DNA of 64,000 bases, taken from NCBI GenBank assembly GCA_934699585.1, contig CAKUWY010000006.1, forward strand, positions 44,797 through 108,796, written 5' to 3'. The translations under genes and the position numbers were made by a program. The notes under the pieces are model-generated. The model saw nothing but the letters and a program-made list of their open reading frames with translations. It did no database searches and had not been told where the DNA came from. This DNA comes from an uncultured Fibrobacter sp. Lineage in GTDB: Bacteria; Fibrobacterota; Fibrobacteria; Fibrobacterales; Fibrobacteraceae. Shown here piece by piece: positions 1-9,190 of the stretch. The first letter of the stretch is position 1, and the number at the start of each line of letters is the position of its first letter.

Positions 1-1757
1 AACTGACCGGTGCCAGCCTCCTTTTCTTGCACGGCGAATTCCAAATCCACTTCCTGATCGCTCAGCGGTTTGATATCGGGGGTCACCATATCGAAATAGT
101 TCAGCTGCATGATTTCGCGGAAACTGCGTTCAAGAGAAGATTGGCGGTAGGTGTCGCCCGGATACAAGCGCACTTCGCGACGAATAACCTTTTCGTTTGT
201 CTTGGTGTTGCCACGTATAAAGACCTTATGGATAGAGGCCGGAAGACCTTCGGTCATGCGGTAGGTCAGGTTCACCACAGAGTCGTTGACAAACGTTCTT
301 TCCTCGTCAAATCGGGCAAATATGTAGCCATCTTCGCGATAAGCATCGAGAATGGCCCTGCGGGAAGCATCGTACTTGTACTGGTCAAAAACCTCTCCAC
401 TATCCAGACGGAACGCATATTTCAGTACAGCCTCGTCCAAGACTTTATTGTCAGTAAAGTGGACATTTCCCATGTAGTACTTTCGGCCCTCTACCATGGC
501 AATATGGATACAAATGGCGCTAGAGGTACGAATATTGTCGTACTTGTTCAATGCGGGGAACATGTCCTCGATCATATAGCGGACCAAAAGCTTTTCCTCA
601 TAGGGGCGCAGCTTTTTCAAATTTTTGAGGGAATCAATTTTCGGATTGTTGAACTTGCGGCCCGCCACAATTTTCAGCCATTCCTTGCGGGCCTTTTCGT
701 AGCGGATAATGTCGTTGATAAGCTTCAAGGCATCTTCTTCGGACTTAACCTGGGGTAGCGGACGGGACACAAAACCATGCGCTCCTACGCGCTCGTTGCG
801 AAAATAATGGGTCACCTCCATAGTGGGTTTGCCCGCCATCTTGGACATAGCGGTAGCCGTATCGCCCATGGCGCGATTCAACTGGTCATAAAGAGTCTGC
901 AGGGATTCCCCTATGGGGACCATACGTCCTAAATAGAACAAGCAACTGGAATCCGGCAAATATTCAGCCCTGTAATCCGTAAGCTCTGCATCCAAGTAAC
1001 CGAAGTGACGAATGGCATTCAATACTGTATCCCGGTCCGCTTCAAACACCGATTCCTTGAATTCGCCACCACCCCACCACTGGTCCAACTTGGTGACCAT
1101 GTGTTCCATGATATCTTCTGCAGGAACGTTATCGTTTCCCTGGATATCAAACTGACGGACCTTGACCTTCTCCCCTTCCCGAACAATGAAAGTAACCTGG
1201 TTCTTATTTTCATCAACGGGCGTTTCACGGTAACCCACTTCGGCAAGGAGGTAACCTTCGGAGTGGTAATAGTCTATCATGGCCTGACGGTCGCGTTCCA
1301 GCTGGCTTTTGCTGTAAACCTGGCCAGGAATCATACGGATCTTGAGCCGCAAATCCTCTTCAGAGATTTCGTCACAGCCGTCAATGATAGCCGTATCCAA
1401 TGCTGGCAGTTCCTTGATCTTGAAAATCAAGTCCACCTCGGTGCCGTCACCCACGTAGTCCACCCAGGCGGTCACATCGTCAAAATACCCAGATTGGTAG
1501 AGGCTTGCAACAGCCTCCTGGACCTTTTTAGACAGGGCCGTAGGGGAATAACTCTGGCCATCCCGGAGCCCAATCCGGCTAAGCACATTCCGTTCATCCA
1601 TGTGCTGATTGCCCTCTACACGTACCTTATGGACCTTATTCTCCGCCATATAGTCGGCAGACATCTGGGACATGTCCAAAAGCTGGGCAGAAGCCATTCC
1701 CACAAAAAAGAGCAACAAAAACACAACACGAAGGCGCAGAATAAACCTACCTATCAA
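1..1757 (-). CDS. bamA: Outer membrane protein assembly factor BamA, N-terminal (POTRA) part; C-terminus lies beyond the window start
   Basis: Absent from the ORF track because it is open at the window edge. Hand translation of the minus strand gives a signal peptide (M)IGRFILRLRVVFLLLFFVGMASAQ. POTRA-like repeats follow (VRVEGNQHMDERNVLSRIGLRDGQSY; FDIQGNDNVPAEDIMEHM; IHKVFIRGNTKTNEKVIRREVRLYPGDTY), ending ..EFAVQEKEAGTGQ at base 1. Plus-strand ORFs 27-758 and 1005-1802 are shadows of it. The TTG start at 1757 is inferred; ATG 1697 is the alternative. Confidence 0.75.
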   Translation of the reverse strand, partial: MIGRFILRLRVVFLLLFFVGMASAQLLDMSQMSADYMAENKVHKVRVEGNQHMDERNVLSRIGLRDGQSYSPTALSKKVQEAVASLYQSGYFDDVTAWVDYVGDGTEVDLIFKIKELPALDTAIIDGCDEISEEDLRLKIRMIPGQVYSKSQLERDRQAMIDYYHSEGYLLAEVGYRETPVDENKNQVTFIVREGEKVKVRQFDIQGNDNVPAEDIMEHMVTKLDQWWGGGEFKESVFEADRDTVLNAIRHFGYLDAELTDYRAEYLPDSSCLFYLGRMVPIGESLQTLYDQLNRAMGDTATAMSKMAGKPTMEVTHYFRNERVGAHGFVSRPLPQVKSEEDALKLINDIIRYEKARKEWLKIVAGRKFNNPKIDSLKNLKKLRPYEEKLLVRYMIEDMFPALNKYDNIRTSSAICIHIAMVEGRKYYMGNVHFTDNKVLDEAVLKYAFRLDSGEVFDQYKYDASRRAILDAYREDGYIFARFDEERTFVNDSVVNLTYRMTEGLPASIHKVFIRGNTKTNEKVIRREVRLYPGDTYRQSSLERSFREIMQLNYFDMVTPDIKPLSDQEVDLEFAVQEKEAGTGQ

Positions 1758-1999
1758 GTCAAAAAAACAAAATTCTGCCCAAAAATACAAAAAAATAGGT
1801 GATTACGCCCACAAAAAGATTCCAAAATCGGGAGAAATCCCACTCAAGATTCTTTCCGCTTTACATTTTGTGTCAAAGCGATGAAAAAGCCTCCGACTCT
1901 CTAATTTTTTTCATTTTTTTTGGCTTTTATCAAAGAAAAAAAGATAAATTCTACTCCGTATTTTCACACTGGTCCTGAGGACCGCTATTTGAGGTTTAT

Positions 2000-3337
2000 A
2001 TGCGTTCAACCGCCTGGAATGACGAAGAAAATAGAGTCTTGCCCGAAATGGCCCTGGATTTCATGCCCGAAGACAAACTGCGGGAACTCCAACTCCAAAG
2101 ACTCCGTGCTACCGTCAAGCTTGCCTACGAAAAAGTTCCCCTGTTCCGCGAACGGATGGACGAAAAAGGCGTGAAGCCCGACGACATCAAGACCCTTGCA
2201 GACATCAGCAAGGTTCCCTTCAGCATGAAGAAGGACTTACGCGACACCTACCCGTATGGTCTGTTCGCTGTAGATCTGAGCGAGGTGGTTCGCCTGCACG
2301 CCAGTTCCGGCACTACCGGTAAGCCCATCGTGGTTGGCTACACAAAAGAAGATATGGAAGTCTGGGCCCAGGTGGTGAAGCGCGGACTTCTCGCCTGCGG
2401 GTTCCGCAGCACCGACATCGTGCAGAACTTCTACGGCTACGGTCTGTTTACCGGCGGTCTCGGTATCCACGGCGGTTTCGAGGCTCTTGGCGCGACGGTT
2501 ATCCCCATCAGTGGCGGAAACACCGAACGCCAGGTGATGCTCATGAAGGATTTTGGCGTTACCGCCGTGGGCGGAACACCGAGTTACTTTGTCCGAATCA
2601 TCGACGTAGCCGAAAAGATGGGTGTCGATATTCGCAGTCTTAATGTAAAGCGTGGTATCTTCGGGGCCGAACCCTGGAGCGATGGCATGCGCGACTACAT
2701 CGAGGAAAAAACGGGCATCAAGGCCTACGACATTTACGGTCTTTCTGAAATCGTGGGGCCAGGCGTAGGTTGCGAATGCGAATGCCGCGATGGCATCCAC
2801 ATTTTCGAAGACCATTTCTACCCCGAAATTATCGACCCCGAAACTCTGGAACCCCTGCCTGACGGAGAAGAAGGGGAACTGGTCATCAGCACCCTGAGCA
2901 AAAAGGCCATGCCCATTTTGCGCTACCGCACCCGCGATATCACCGCTATCGAAAAGACCAAGTGCAAATGCGGGCGCACCATCCGTCGCATTCGCCGTAT
3001 CGGTCGCCGTAGCGACGACATGATCATCATGCGTGGCGTGAACGTGTTCCCGAGCCAGATCGAGACGGCACTTCTCCGTGCCGAAAAGGCACTCCCCCAC
3101 TACCAGATTGTGCTCGACACCAAGAACAACATGGACACCCTGGAAGTGAAGGTGGAAGTTTCCCGCGATATGGTGAGCGACTCCATGGGCGCCATGGAAC
3201 AGCTGAACAAGAAGTTCAAGCATTCCATTGAACAGATTCTCGGCATTTCCGTGATTGTCACGCTGTGCGAACCGGATTCACTCCCCCGTAGCGAGGGCAA
3301 AGCCAAGAGAGTGGTGGACAACAGGAAGAAGATGTAA
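2000..3337 (+). CDS. paaK: Phenylacetate--CoA ligase family protein
   Basis: 445-aa ORF with a PaaK-type N-terminus (..KLRELQLQRLRATVKLAYEKVPLFRERM..) and the AMP-binding motif SSGTTGKP. It is followed by an ACT-domain gene, the usual partner. Confidence 0.85.
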   Translation: MRSTAWNDEENRVLPEMALDFMPEDKLRELQLQRLRATVKLAYEKVPLFRERMDEKGVKPDDIKTLADISKVPFSMKKDLRDTYPYGLFAVDLSEVVRLHASSGTTGKPIVVGYTKEDMEVWAQVVKRGLLACGFRSTDIVQNFYGYGLFTGGLGIHGGFEALGATVIPISGGNTERQVMLMKDFGVTAVGGTPSYFVRIIDVAEKMGVDIRSLNVKRGIFGAEPWSDGMRDYIEEKTGIKAYDIYGLSEIVGPGVGCECECRDGIHIFEDHFYPEIIDPETLEPLPDGEEGELVISTLSKKAMPILRYRTRDITAIEKTKCKCGRTIRRIRRIGRRSDDMIIMRGVNVFPSQIETALLRAEKALPHYQIVLDTKNNMDTLEVKVEVSRDMVSDSMGAMEQLNKKFKHSIEQILGISVIVTLCEPDSLPRSEGKAKRVVDNRKKM

Positions 3338-3348
3338 CACCAAAGGCG

Positions 3349-3475
3349 TAGTGGGTGGTGAGTAGTGAGTAGTGAGTAATGAGTCGGTGCTTCGCACCCT
3401 TGAGTTTCAATAATCGCGCCTTTGGCGCCAAACTATACACTCACAACTCATTACTGACAACTCATCTCACTCTTC
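3349..3475. repeat. Composite palindromic spacer: 7-nt stop-codon array (TAGTGGG TGGTGAG TAGTGAG TAGTGAG TAATGAG), inner tetraloop hairpins, and an inverted heptad arm
   Basis: Left arm 3349-3383. Inner hairpin ggtgc-ttcg-cacc and cgcc-tttg-gcg. Right arm about 3434-3475 (CTCACAA CTCATTA CTGACAA CTCATCT) is the reverse complement of the same unit type. Lies between paaK and the ACT gene. Confidence 0.7.
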
Positions 3476-3512
3476 GTTTTTGTCAAGAAGTTTTAAAATA
3501 GGAGTATCTCAA

Positions 3513-3944
3513 ATGAAAATCCCGCAAGTTTCAGTTTTCGTTTCTAACCGTCCGGGCCGTCTCCAGGCCGTGTGCCGTTCCCTGGCCGACGCAGGAGTGA
3601 ACCTGCTTTCACTGACCCTCGCCGACTCCGGCGAGTTCGGCCTTATCCGCCTGATTGTGAACAATCCGGAAAAAGCGGTAGATGTGCTTGCCAAGGCAGG
3701 TCTCAGCGCAACCATCACCGATGTGGTGGCCTGCCCTGTGAACGCTGCCATCGGTGGTCTTGCCGAGCTCCTAAGCACCGCCGTTGGAAGCCAGCAAATT
3801 GACTACATGTACGCCTACCCCTCTACCTTGAACGGATCCAACATTATGATCCTCCGTTTCCAGGACACGGACAAGGCCATTGAAGCCCTGAAGGCCACCA
3901 ACTTCAAGGCCATTGACAAAGAAGAACTGTTCAAGAATACCTAA
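3513..3944 (+). CDS. ACT domain-containing (amino-acid-binding) protein
   Basis: MKIPQVSVFVSNRPGRLQAVCRSLADAGVNLLSL.. is a typical ACT fold start. AGGAG lies 8 nt upstream of ATG 3513; the track ORF begins earlier at 3480. Confidence 0.7.
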   Translation: MKIPQVSVFVSNRPGRLQAVCRSLADAGVNLLSLTLADSGEFGLIRLIVNNPEKAVDVLAKAGLSATITDVVACPVNAAIGGLAELLSTAVGSQQIDYMYAYPSTLNGSNIMILRFQDTDKAIEALKATNFKAIDKEELFKNT

Positions 3945-3959
3945 ACCTTTTAGGCGATT

Positions 3960-4514
3960 TTGAGTTATCTTTCCGTAATTCTCATTGCGATTATTGAGGC
4001 AATGGACTGCTTTGCCGTGGCCGCTTCTATTGGACTTGGCCGCTCGGGAGTATCCCGGTTAAAAGCCCTTGTTCTTGCATTATCGTTTGGTTTCTTTCAA
4101 GGAGGAATGACCCTTGCAGGCTTCTTTTCTGGAACTTTGGCAAAACACTGGATTCATGATTTAGGCTCGATTATCGCTTGCGCCATCCTTTGTGTGCTGG
4201 GTCTCAAGTTTATCTGGGAATCTTTCCGAAAAAAAGAAGACGGTCACAAGATTGCCGACCTTAGATTTGCAAGCATCATAGTACTTTCTCTTGCCACAAG
4301 TATCGACGCTCTCACCATCGGCGTTTCCTTTGCCTTCGTAGAGATCGACATGCTCTTTGCCACTATCGCCATAGCGCTAGCCGCGATCCTATTCGGGGTT
4401 ATCGGTTTTGAAATTGGCTCCAGAGCAGCAAAGCTGTTCCGTTCAAACCTGCCTCAGCTATTTGCCGGCATTATCTTGATTGCCATCGGAATCAGGCTTT
4501 GCATTCCCTTGTAG
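3960..4514 (+). CDS. mntP: Manganese efflux pump MntP family protein
   Basis: 184-aa polytopic membrane protein. N-terminus ..IIEAMDCFAVAASIGL.. and the second repeat ..LATSIDALTIGVSFAF.. match the MntP/DUF204 duplicated motif. TTG start. Confidence 0.7.
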   Translation: MSYLSVILIAIIEAMDCFAVAASIGLGRSGVSRLKALVLALSFGFFQGGMTLAGFFSGTLAKHWIHDLGSIIACAILCVLGLKFIWESFRKKEDGHKIADLRFASIIVLSLATSIDALTIGVSFAFVEIDMLFATIAIALAAILFGVIGFEIGSRAAKLFRSNLPQLFAGIILIAIGIRLCIPL

Positions 4515-4919
4515 CTTTTCGAGCCGATGTTCCAGCATAGCTTGAACTTCGGGTATTAGTTTATCCTTAATTCGTTCCAAATACAAGCACTGGAGCTGTA
4601 TCATACGGTTGCGGTGCCTACAGGCGTGTTCCTGAATCCAATGGCTCACTGCCTCTTGGCGATTCTGCACCTGGGTCTGCAGGCTCTGCTGAATGTAGGT
4701 TCTCTGAACCTCCATATAGCGCTGCATGTTAAAAGGCAAGCGGTAGGTCCGAATAAACTGTTTGAGCTTGACCAACAGGGAAAGATTTTCACCCTTATGT
4801 TCTTGCAGGAATTTCTGCAATTCTTCAAGATGAGACTTAAAAAAAGGCACGATGGCTTTATCGTCTATCTGATAGAGCTCCAGCGCATCCTGTTTCTTTG
4901 TAGCTTCATCTACGGCCAT
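4458..4919 (-). CDS. Hypothetical protein (no family recognised)
   Basis: 153-aa ORF 9 nt downstream of the U32 peptidase gene on the same strand. Its 3' end overlaps the mntP 3' end convergently by 57 nt. Confidence 0.4.
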   Translation of the reverse strand: MAVDEATKKQDALELYQIDDKAIVPFFKSHLEELQKFLQEHKGENLSLLVKLKQFIRTYRLPFNMQRYMEVQRTYIQQSLQTQVQNRQEAVSHWIQEHACRHRNRMIQLQCLYLERIKDKLIPEVQAMLEHRLEKLQGNAKPDSDGNQDNAGK

Positions 4920-4928
4920 GGCAACAAT

Positions 4929-6257
4929 TTATGTATTTGTTTCGGGATTTGGGTGCGTTCGTTTCACAAAAAAGCCGAATTTTACATTCTCCAGTGAAAC
5001 GGGAACATTATCTTGTACAAAGACCCTTCCTTCTGTGCCGGGATTCAGCCGGTCGGCGTCTTCGCCCCTGAAATTCTTCAACGACGAGATTTTACAAAGG
5101 GACATTCCTTCGGGAGTCATAAACTCCAAGGAGTCGTCCATAGAAAACTGATTCTTCACATTCACGCGGAAAGAACGTGTCTGTGCGTCGTAGTCCAGAA
5201 TCTGAGCACAGACGCAACCCGAGGGAGCATCCACGTGGGTGGACTCATAGTTCTGGGGCAAAGGTCCTTTCAAAAATCCAGGCATGAACCCGCGACCATC
5301 CACAAAATCCAAAGCATGACGGGCATCTTTCAAATCTGCAGGCGAAGAGTCTCCCGATTCCAGTGCATTGAAGGATGCATCGATGGCCATACGGTAGGCC
5401 CGGACCACCTGGCTCAAATAATAGACCGAACGGGTGCGGCCCTCGATCTTGAAGGAATCCAGGCCCGCGCGAACCAGCTCGGGCACAACGTCCAAGGCGC
5501 ACAGGTCCCGACTGCTCATGAAGTAGGTTCCCCAGGTATCTTCGTCCAGGGCCACCGGCTGGAGTTCCGGCCGGTCAGTCCGCTGCAAAAAGAATTCTCC
5601 CTCGTGTTCCTTGTAATCTTCGCACTGCGGGCCTTCGTTGGCGTAGAGCCGGTAAGGCATGCGGCAGCTGTTGTCACAAGCCCCCTGGTTGGCATCACGC
5701 CTAGTCACCCAGTTCGAAAGCATGCAACGGCCCGACATGGCCATGCACACCGCCCCATGGACAAAGACTTCCAGTTCCAGGTCAGGAACCCGTTCCTTGA
5801 TTTCCAGGATTTCAGACAACCGAAGTTCACGGTTCAAGATAATGCGGCGAACCCCCAGGTCTTTCCAGAAAGAGGCAGTCAAATAGTTGGTGGTGTTGGC
5901 CTGCACAGACAAATGAACTTCGGTCTGAGGAGAAACTTTTCGGAGCCAGCCTACAAAACCGGGATCCGCCACAATCAAAGCGTCCGGTTTCAACTCCAAG
6001 GCGGCAAGCAGAGCCTTCTGGAATGGCTCCACCTTGGTGTTCCGGGGAATCACGTTACTGGTCAAGTAGAACTTTTTCCCCTGGCCGTGAACGTAGGCAA
6101 CCCCCTCTGCCAGGTCATCCAGATTCTTGAAACCATTTTCGCGAGCCCGCAAAGAAAAAGCGGGTTGGCCTGCATATACAGCATCGGCCCCGTAGGCCAA
6201 GGCGTATTTCATGCGGGAGAGATCCCCCGCCGGTGCAAGCAATTCAGGCTTCTTCAT
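4929..6257 (-). CDS. Peptidase U32 family protein (collagenase-like / YegQ-TrhP type)
   Basis: The N-terminus MKKPELLAPAGDLSRMKYALAYGADAVYAGQPAFSLRAR is the canonical U32 start. 442 aa. Confidence 0.85.
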   Translation of the reverse strand: MKKPELLAPAGDLSRMKYALAYGADAVYAGQPAFSLRARENGFKNLDDLAEGVAYVHGQGKKFYLTSNVIPRNTKVEPFQKALLAALELKPDALIVADPGFVGWLRKVSPQTEVHLSVQANTTNYLTASFWKDLGVRRIILNRELRLSEILEIKERVPDLELEVFVHGAVCMAMSGRCMLSNWVTRRDANQGACDNSCRMPYRLYANEGPQCEDYKEHEGEFFLQRTDRPELQPVALDEDTWGTYFMSSRDLCALDVVPELVRAGLDSFKIEGRTRSVYYLSQVVRAYRMAIDASFNALESGDSSPADLKDARHALDFVDGRGFMPGFLKGPLPQNYESTHVDAPSGCVCAQILDYDAQTRSFRVNVKNQFSMDDSLEFMTPEGMSLCKISSLKNFRGEDADRLNPGTEGRVFVQDNVPVSLENVKFGFFVKRTHPNPETNT

Positions 6258-6267
6258 ACAATTTCAC

Positions 6268-6309
6268 TAGCCCCTAAATCCTAGATCCTAGCCCCTAACC
6301 TCTAATTAC
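6268..6309. repeat. 7-nt stop-codon array, six units: TAGCCCC TAAATCC TAGATCC TAGCCCC TAACCTC TAATTAC
   Basis: Exact period 7. The complementary strand also reads TAG every 7 nt through CTAG/TTAG cores. The last unit contains the stop codon of the minus-strand gene 6306-7880. Confidence 0.8.
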
Positions 6310-7880
6310 CACTTGAACCCGGCCCTCAGGTAAACCTTCTTGTCGTCGAATAACGTCACTTCGCCAAGGAAGCTCACGAACTGTCCTTCGTAGCTCAGCG
6401 CAGGCGTCAGGGAGTAAAGCATTTCCGCACCGTCCAGATACTTCTTATGAATCTTCATGTGGTTGTGAAGAGGCGTAGTATCGTTTATGGCGCTGCCGTA
6501 GTCCGTGCCCTTCCAGAACCAGGTGTTCCGAATTCCTGCAAAGATGTGATTGTCCAAGCGGGCAAAGACGCTCCAGTCCACCGTACGGCTGTTTGGGCCG
6601 GCCTGGTTCCCGAGGGGATAACCCAGGTGAGCCATCTGGGCCGTGTTCTTTTCAAAGTGTCCATAAACATAGGGCTCTATGCGGGCGTATTCCGCAATAG
6701 TTCCGACTTCCAACTTATGCCCCTTGAAATAAAAATCGTGACCCGCCTGCAAGCCCGCCATCCAGGCCCACTTGGCCTCGATGTTATCATTCTTGACCAG
6801 GCTCACCGGGCTTTCCATGTCATCTAGGAAAAATTCCGTATAGACACGGGCAAACTGGAACAGGCGATAGTTCAAATCAAAGGCCAGGGCTCCGTTGTTG
6901 CTGTTCTCGGAATAGTTCCCCTTTTCCATGAACAGGGGCGCTGTCGGCACAAAGAGCCAGGGCTTCATGTTGTCATAAAGCACCGTCAGTTCGCTGATGC
7001 CGATGGTGGCATCCCCTACGGCCAGTTCGTAACGGTGGCCGAACAGGTTTCGCGTGTCATCCTTGTTTTTCATGCTCATGCTGTTATTGTAGACACGCAA
7101 GTCCGCATAAAAACTGATAACGCGCAAGGGGCCAAAACGCATGTCCATAGACAGCATGTTGTACGGGAGGGCAAACTGGTTCAGGGTCAGGTTGTTGTAG
7201 TAGCCGGGCCCCCAGTGCATCACGTCACGTCCCAGATCAACGCGCAGCCAGTCGTAATTGAAGCCAAAATGAGTGCGGTAGCGGGCATAACTAGCGTACT
7301 CCACGCCCGAATTATTTTCTTCTTTCTGGACCTCTACAAACTCCCGGTCAAAGGATTTTGGCGTTTCCGCCGTGTGGGACTCGTCATAGATGCGGGCATC
7401 CAGCACAAAATCTACAGAATCCGCATAGCCACGCATGTAGATACCGCCGTCGATTCCCGGCCAAATGGTATCGCCAAGGGATTCTCCGCCGCGGTAGTCG
7501 ATACCGCCCACCACGCTAGTAGCAAGGGCTATACGGGGCGCACGAGCACGGCAAGAATCCAAGTACGCCGCAGAATCAGTACCCAAATGTCCAGAAATCA
7601 TCGCACCGCAAGCATTATCGTAATACAGCAGGGCGTTGCGTTCCGTCTTCACGAAGTTCTTCTGGAATGTCGTATCCCGGCGAGGGTACGCAAAGGACTG
7701 GGGCATGTCCCCCGTGGTCAAGCGGTGGTACTCGAACAGGAGCGGTGCCGTTTCCAGCATCTTCAAGTTGCTGTGGCGGTCAGGGCCAAGCACGGGAGAT
7801 GCAGCCCACGCCACAGAAGAACCTGTGGCCAGCATGACCGTCGCCAGAACAAGCCGATGGACGTTTTTCAAGAACATCAT
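6306..7880 (-). CDS. Outer-membrane beta-barrel protein (possibly Wzi-like)
   Basis: Signal peptide MMFLKNVHRLVLATVMLATGSSVAWA; aromatic-rich alternating segments; C-terminal ..YLRAGFKW, a typical OMP terminus. The family assignment is tentative. Confidence 0.55.
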   Translation of the reverse strand: MMFLKNVHRLVLATVMLATGSSVAWAASPVLGPDRHSNLKMLETAPLLFEYHRLTTGDMPQSFAYPRRDTTFQKNFVKTERNALLYYDNACGAMISGHLGTDSAAYLDSCRARAPRIALATSVVGGIDYRGGESLGDTIWPGIDGGIYMRGYADSVDFVLDARIYDESHTAETPKSFDREFVEVQKEENNSGVEYASYARYRTHFGFNYDWLRVDLGRDVMHWGPGYYNNLTLNQFALPYNMLSMDMRFGPLRVISFYADLRVYNNSMSMKNKDDTRNLFGHRYELAVGDATIGISELTVLYDNMKPWLFVPTAPLFMEKGNYSENSNNGALAFDLNYRLFQFARVYTEFFLDDMESPVSLVKNDNIEAKWAWMAGLQAGHDFYFKGHKLEVGTIAEYARIEPYVYGHFEKNTAQMAHLGYPLGNQAGPNSRTVDWSVFARLDNHIFAGIRNTWFWKGTDYGSAINDTTPLHNHMKIHKKYLDGAEMLYSLTPALSYEGQFVSFLGEVTLFDDKKVYLRAGFKW

Positions 7881-7893
7881 CTAAGAGGCTTTA

Positions 7894-9093
7894 TTATTCG
7901 TAGACAGGAACTTTCCATGCCTTGGGCAAAGCCGGAGAGCACTTGTCCGAATGATTGTAGGTAAATCCCTTCTCGGAAACATCTGTTACATTGCCCTTGA
8001 TGGCGCTGGGGCAGCTCCGCTCAGAGGAATTCAGCATTTTCTCCACCTTCAGGAGCAGGACATCGCCATAGACATCCCAAGCACCGGTCTTCTGTTCCGA
8101 CCTGCCATTGTCAGCCTTCAGGGTATACTGCATAGATTCAGGCAAATTCAGAGTCCAGCTCACATCGGAAGTTGCGGTCCATTCGCCCTTCAGCGGATCC
8201 TTTTCAGCGACGGGGTACTTGAAATCAGACTTTGTACAAGACGAGACATTCTCACCCTTTGAAAGGTCCTTGAAGGCATCCATCTTTGAGGTAATACGCC
8301 AAGTAGTCAAACCCCAGTCGCCCACCTTCGACGCAAACTTCATCACAAAGGAGGTATACCCTCTGTAAATATCTACGTAGCCAGCATTCCAGGACACCGT
8401 ATCCTTGCCAACAACACGTTCCAGCATGTACCTACCCCTATAGAAACTGTAGACCTGGACGGTATCGTTGCCAGAAACTTTACAGACAAGGCGCTTCTTG
8501 TCGAGATTTGCCGCATCGGTAACCAAGGTCTCGTCAGCCATCAGCTGTTCCACTTCAGCATTGACAAACTTATCCTTGCCAACGCGGTATTTCAGTACAT
8601 CATTCTCAACAATGAACGATATCTGTGTGGTATCTGCAGACTTAGCAATATTCTTTAGCACCTTGTCGCCGGACAGTTTCTCATCCAGAGCCAGCGCCTG
8701 CAAAACAGTTTTAGAACTGAGGTTGATGATTCCATTCTTGAAATCGGTCATGACCAGTGCCATACCCACATGCGTATTGTTGTTGGACTCATCGATGGAC
8801 CACAAGGAGAACATCCCCTCCTTGATACCCGTACCCAAGTGGAATGTTTCGCCCTTGATTTTTACGAGGTAGTACTTTTTAAGGTCATCCAGGGTTGCTG
8901 CCCTCGCCCCTTCGGGCCAACTCGGGTCCTTGTATTCCGCCGAAGAAGAAGACACATCCGTAGAATCCTCTACGCTAGAAGAGGATTCATCCGTCTCCTG
9001 GTCCACGCTGTTACCGGAACTGCTGTCATCGCCGCAGGCAGCGAAGAAAAGGGCCAAGGCAAAACCGCCAGCCAACAAAAAAGACTTCTTCAT
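7894..9093 (-). CDS. Lipoprotein with Ser/Asp-rich linker, unknown function
   Basis: MKKSFLLAGGFALALFFAACGDDSSSG.. has a lipobox (AAC). The start is taken at the internal ATG 9093; the track ORF extends to 9132. Confidence 0.6.
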   Translation of the reverse strand: MKKSFLLAGGFALALFFAACGDDSSSGNSVDQETDESSSSVEDSTDVSSSSAEYKDPSWPEGARAATLDDLKKYYLVKIKGETFHLGTGIKEGMFSLWSIDESNNNTHVGMALVMTDFKNGIINLSSKTVLQALALDEKLSGDKVLKNIAKSADTTQISFIVENDVLKYRVGKDKFVNAEVEQLMADETLVTDAANLDKKRLVCKVSGNDTVQVYSFYRGRYMLERVVGKDTVSWNAGYVDIYRGYTSFVMKFASKVGDWGLTTWRITSKMDAFKDLSKGENVSSCTKSDFKYPVAEKDPLKGEWTATSDVSWTLNLPESMQYTLKADNGRSEQKTGAWDVYGDVLLLKVEKMLNSSERSCPSAIKGNVTDVSEKGFTYNHSDKCSPALPKAWKVPVYE

Positions 9094-9190
9094 AAAAACC
9101 TCGCTTTTTGCATAAAGATAAACACTAAACAAAAAAGGGAGAGCGACGTTCCATTAAAATAAGCCGAAAAAAGGCCAAAACCGGCAAAAA

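Noticed and set aside
3960-4919. The 57-nt convergent overlap of mntP with ORF 4458-4919 as evidence of an antisense regulatory arrangement
   Set aside because: The C-terminal 19 codons of the hypothetical ORF may simply be non-functional read-on. Without homologs I cannot tell, so this is too speculative to report as a finding.
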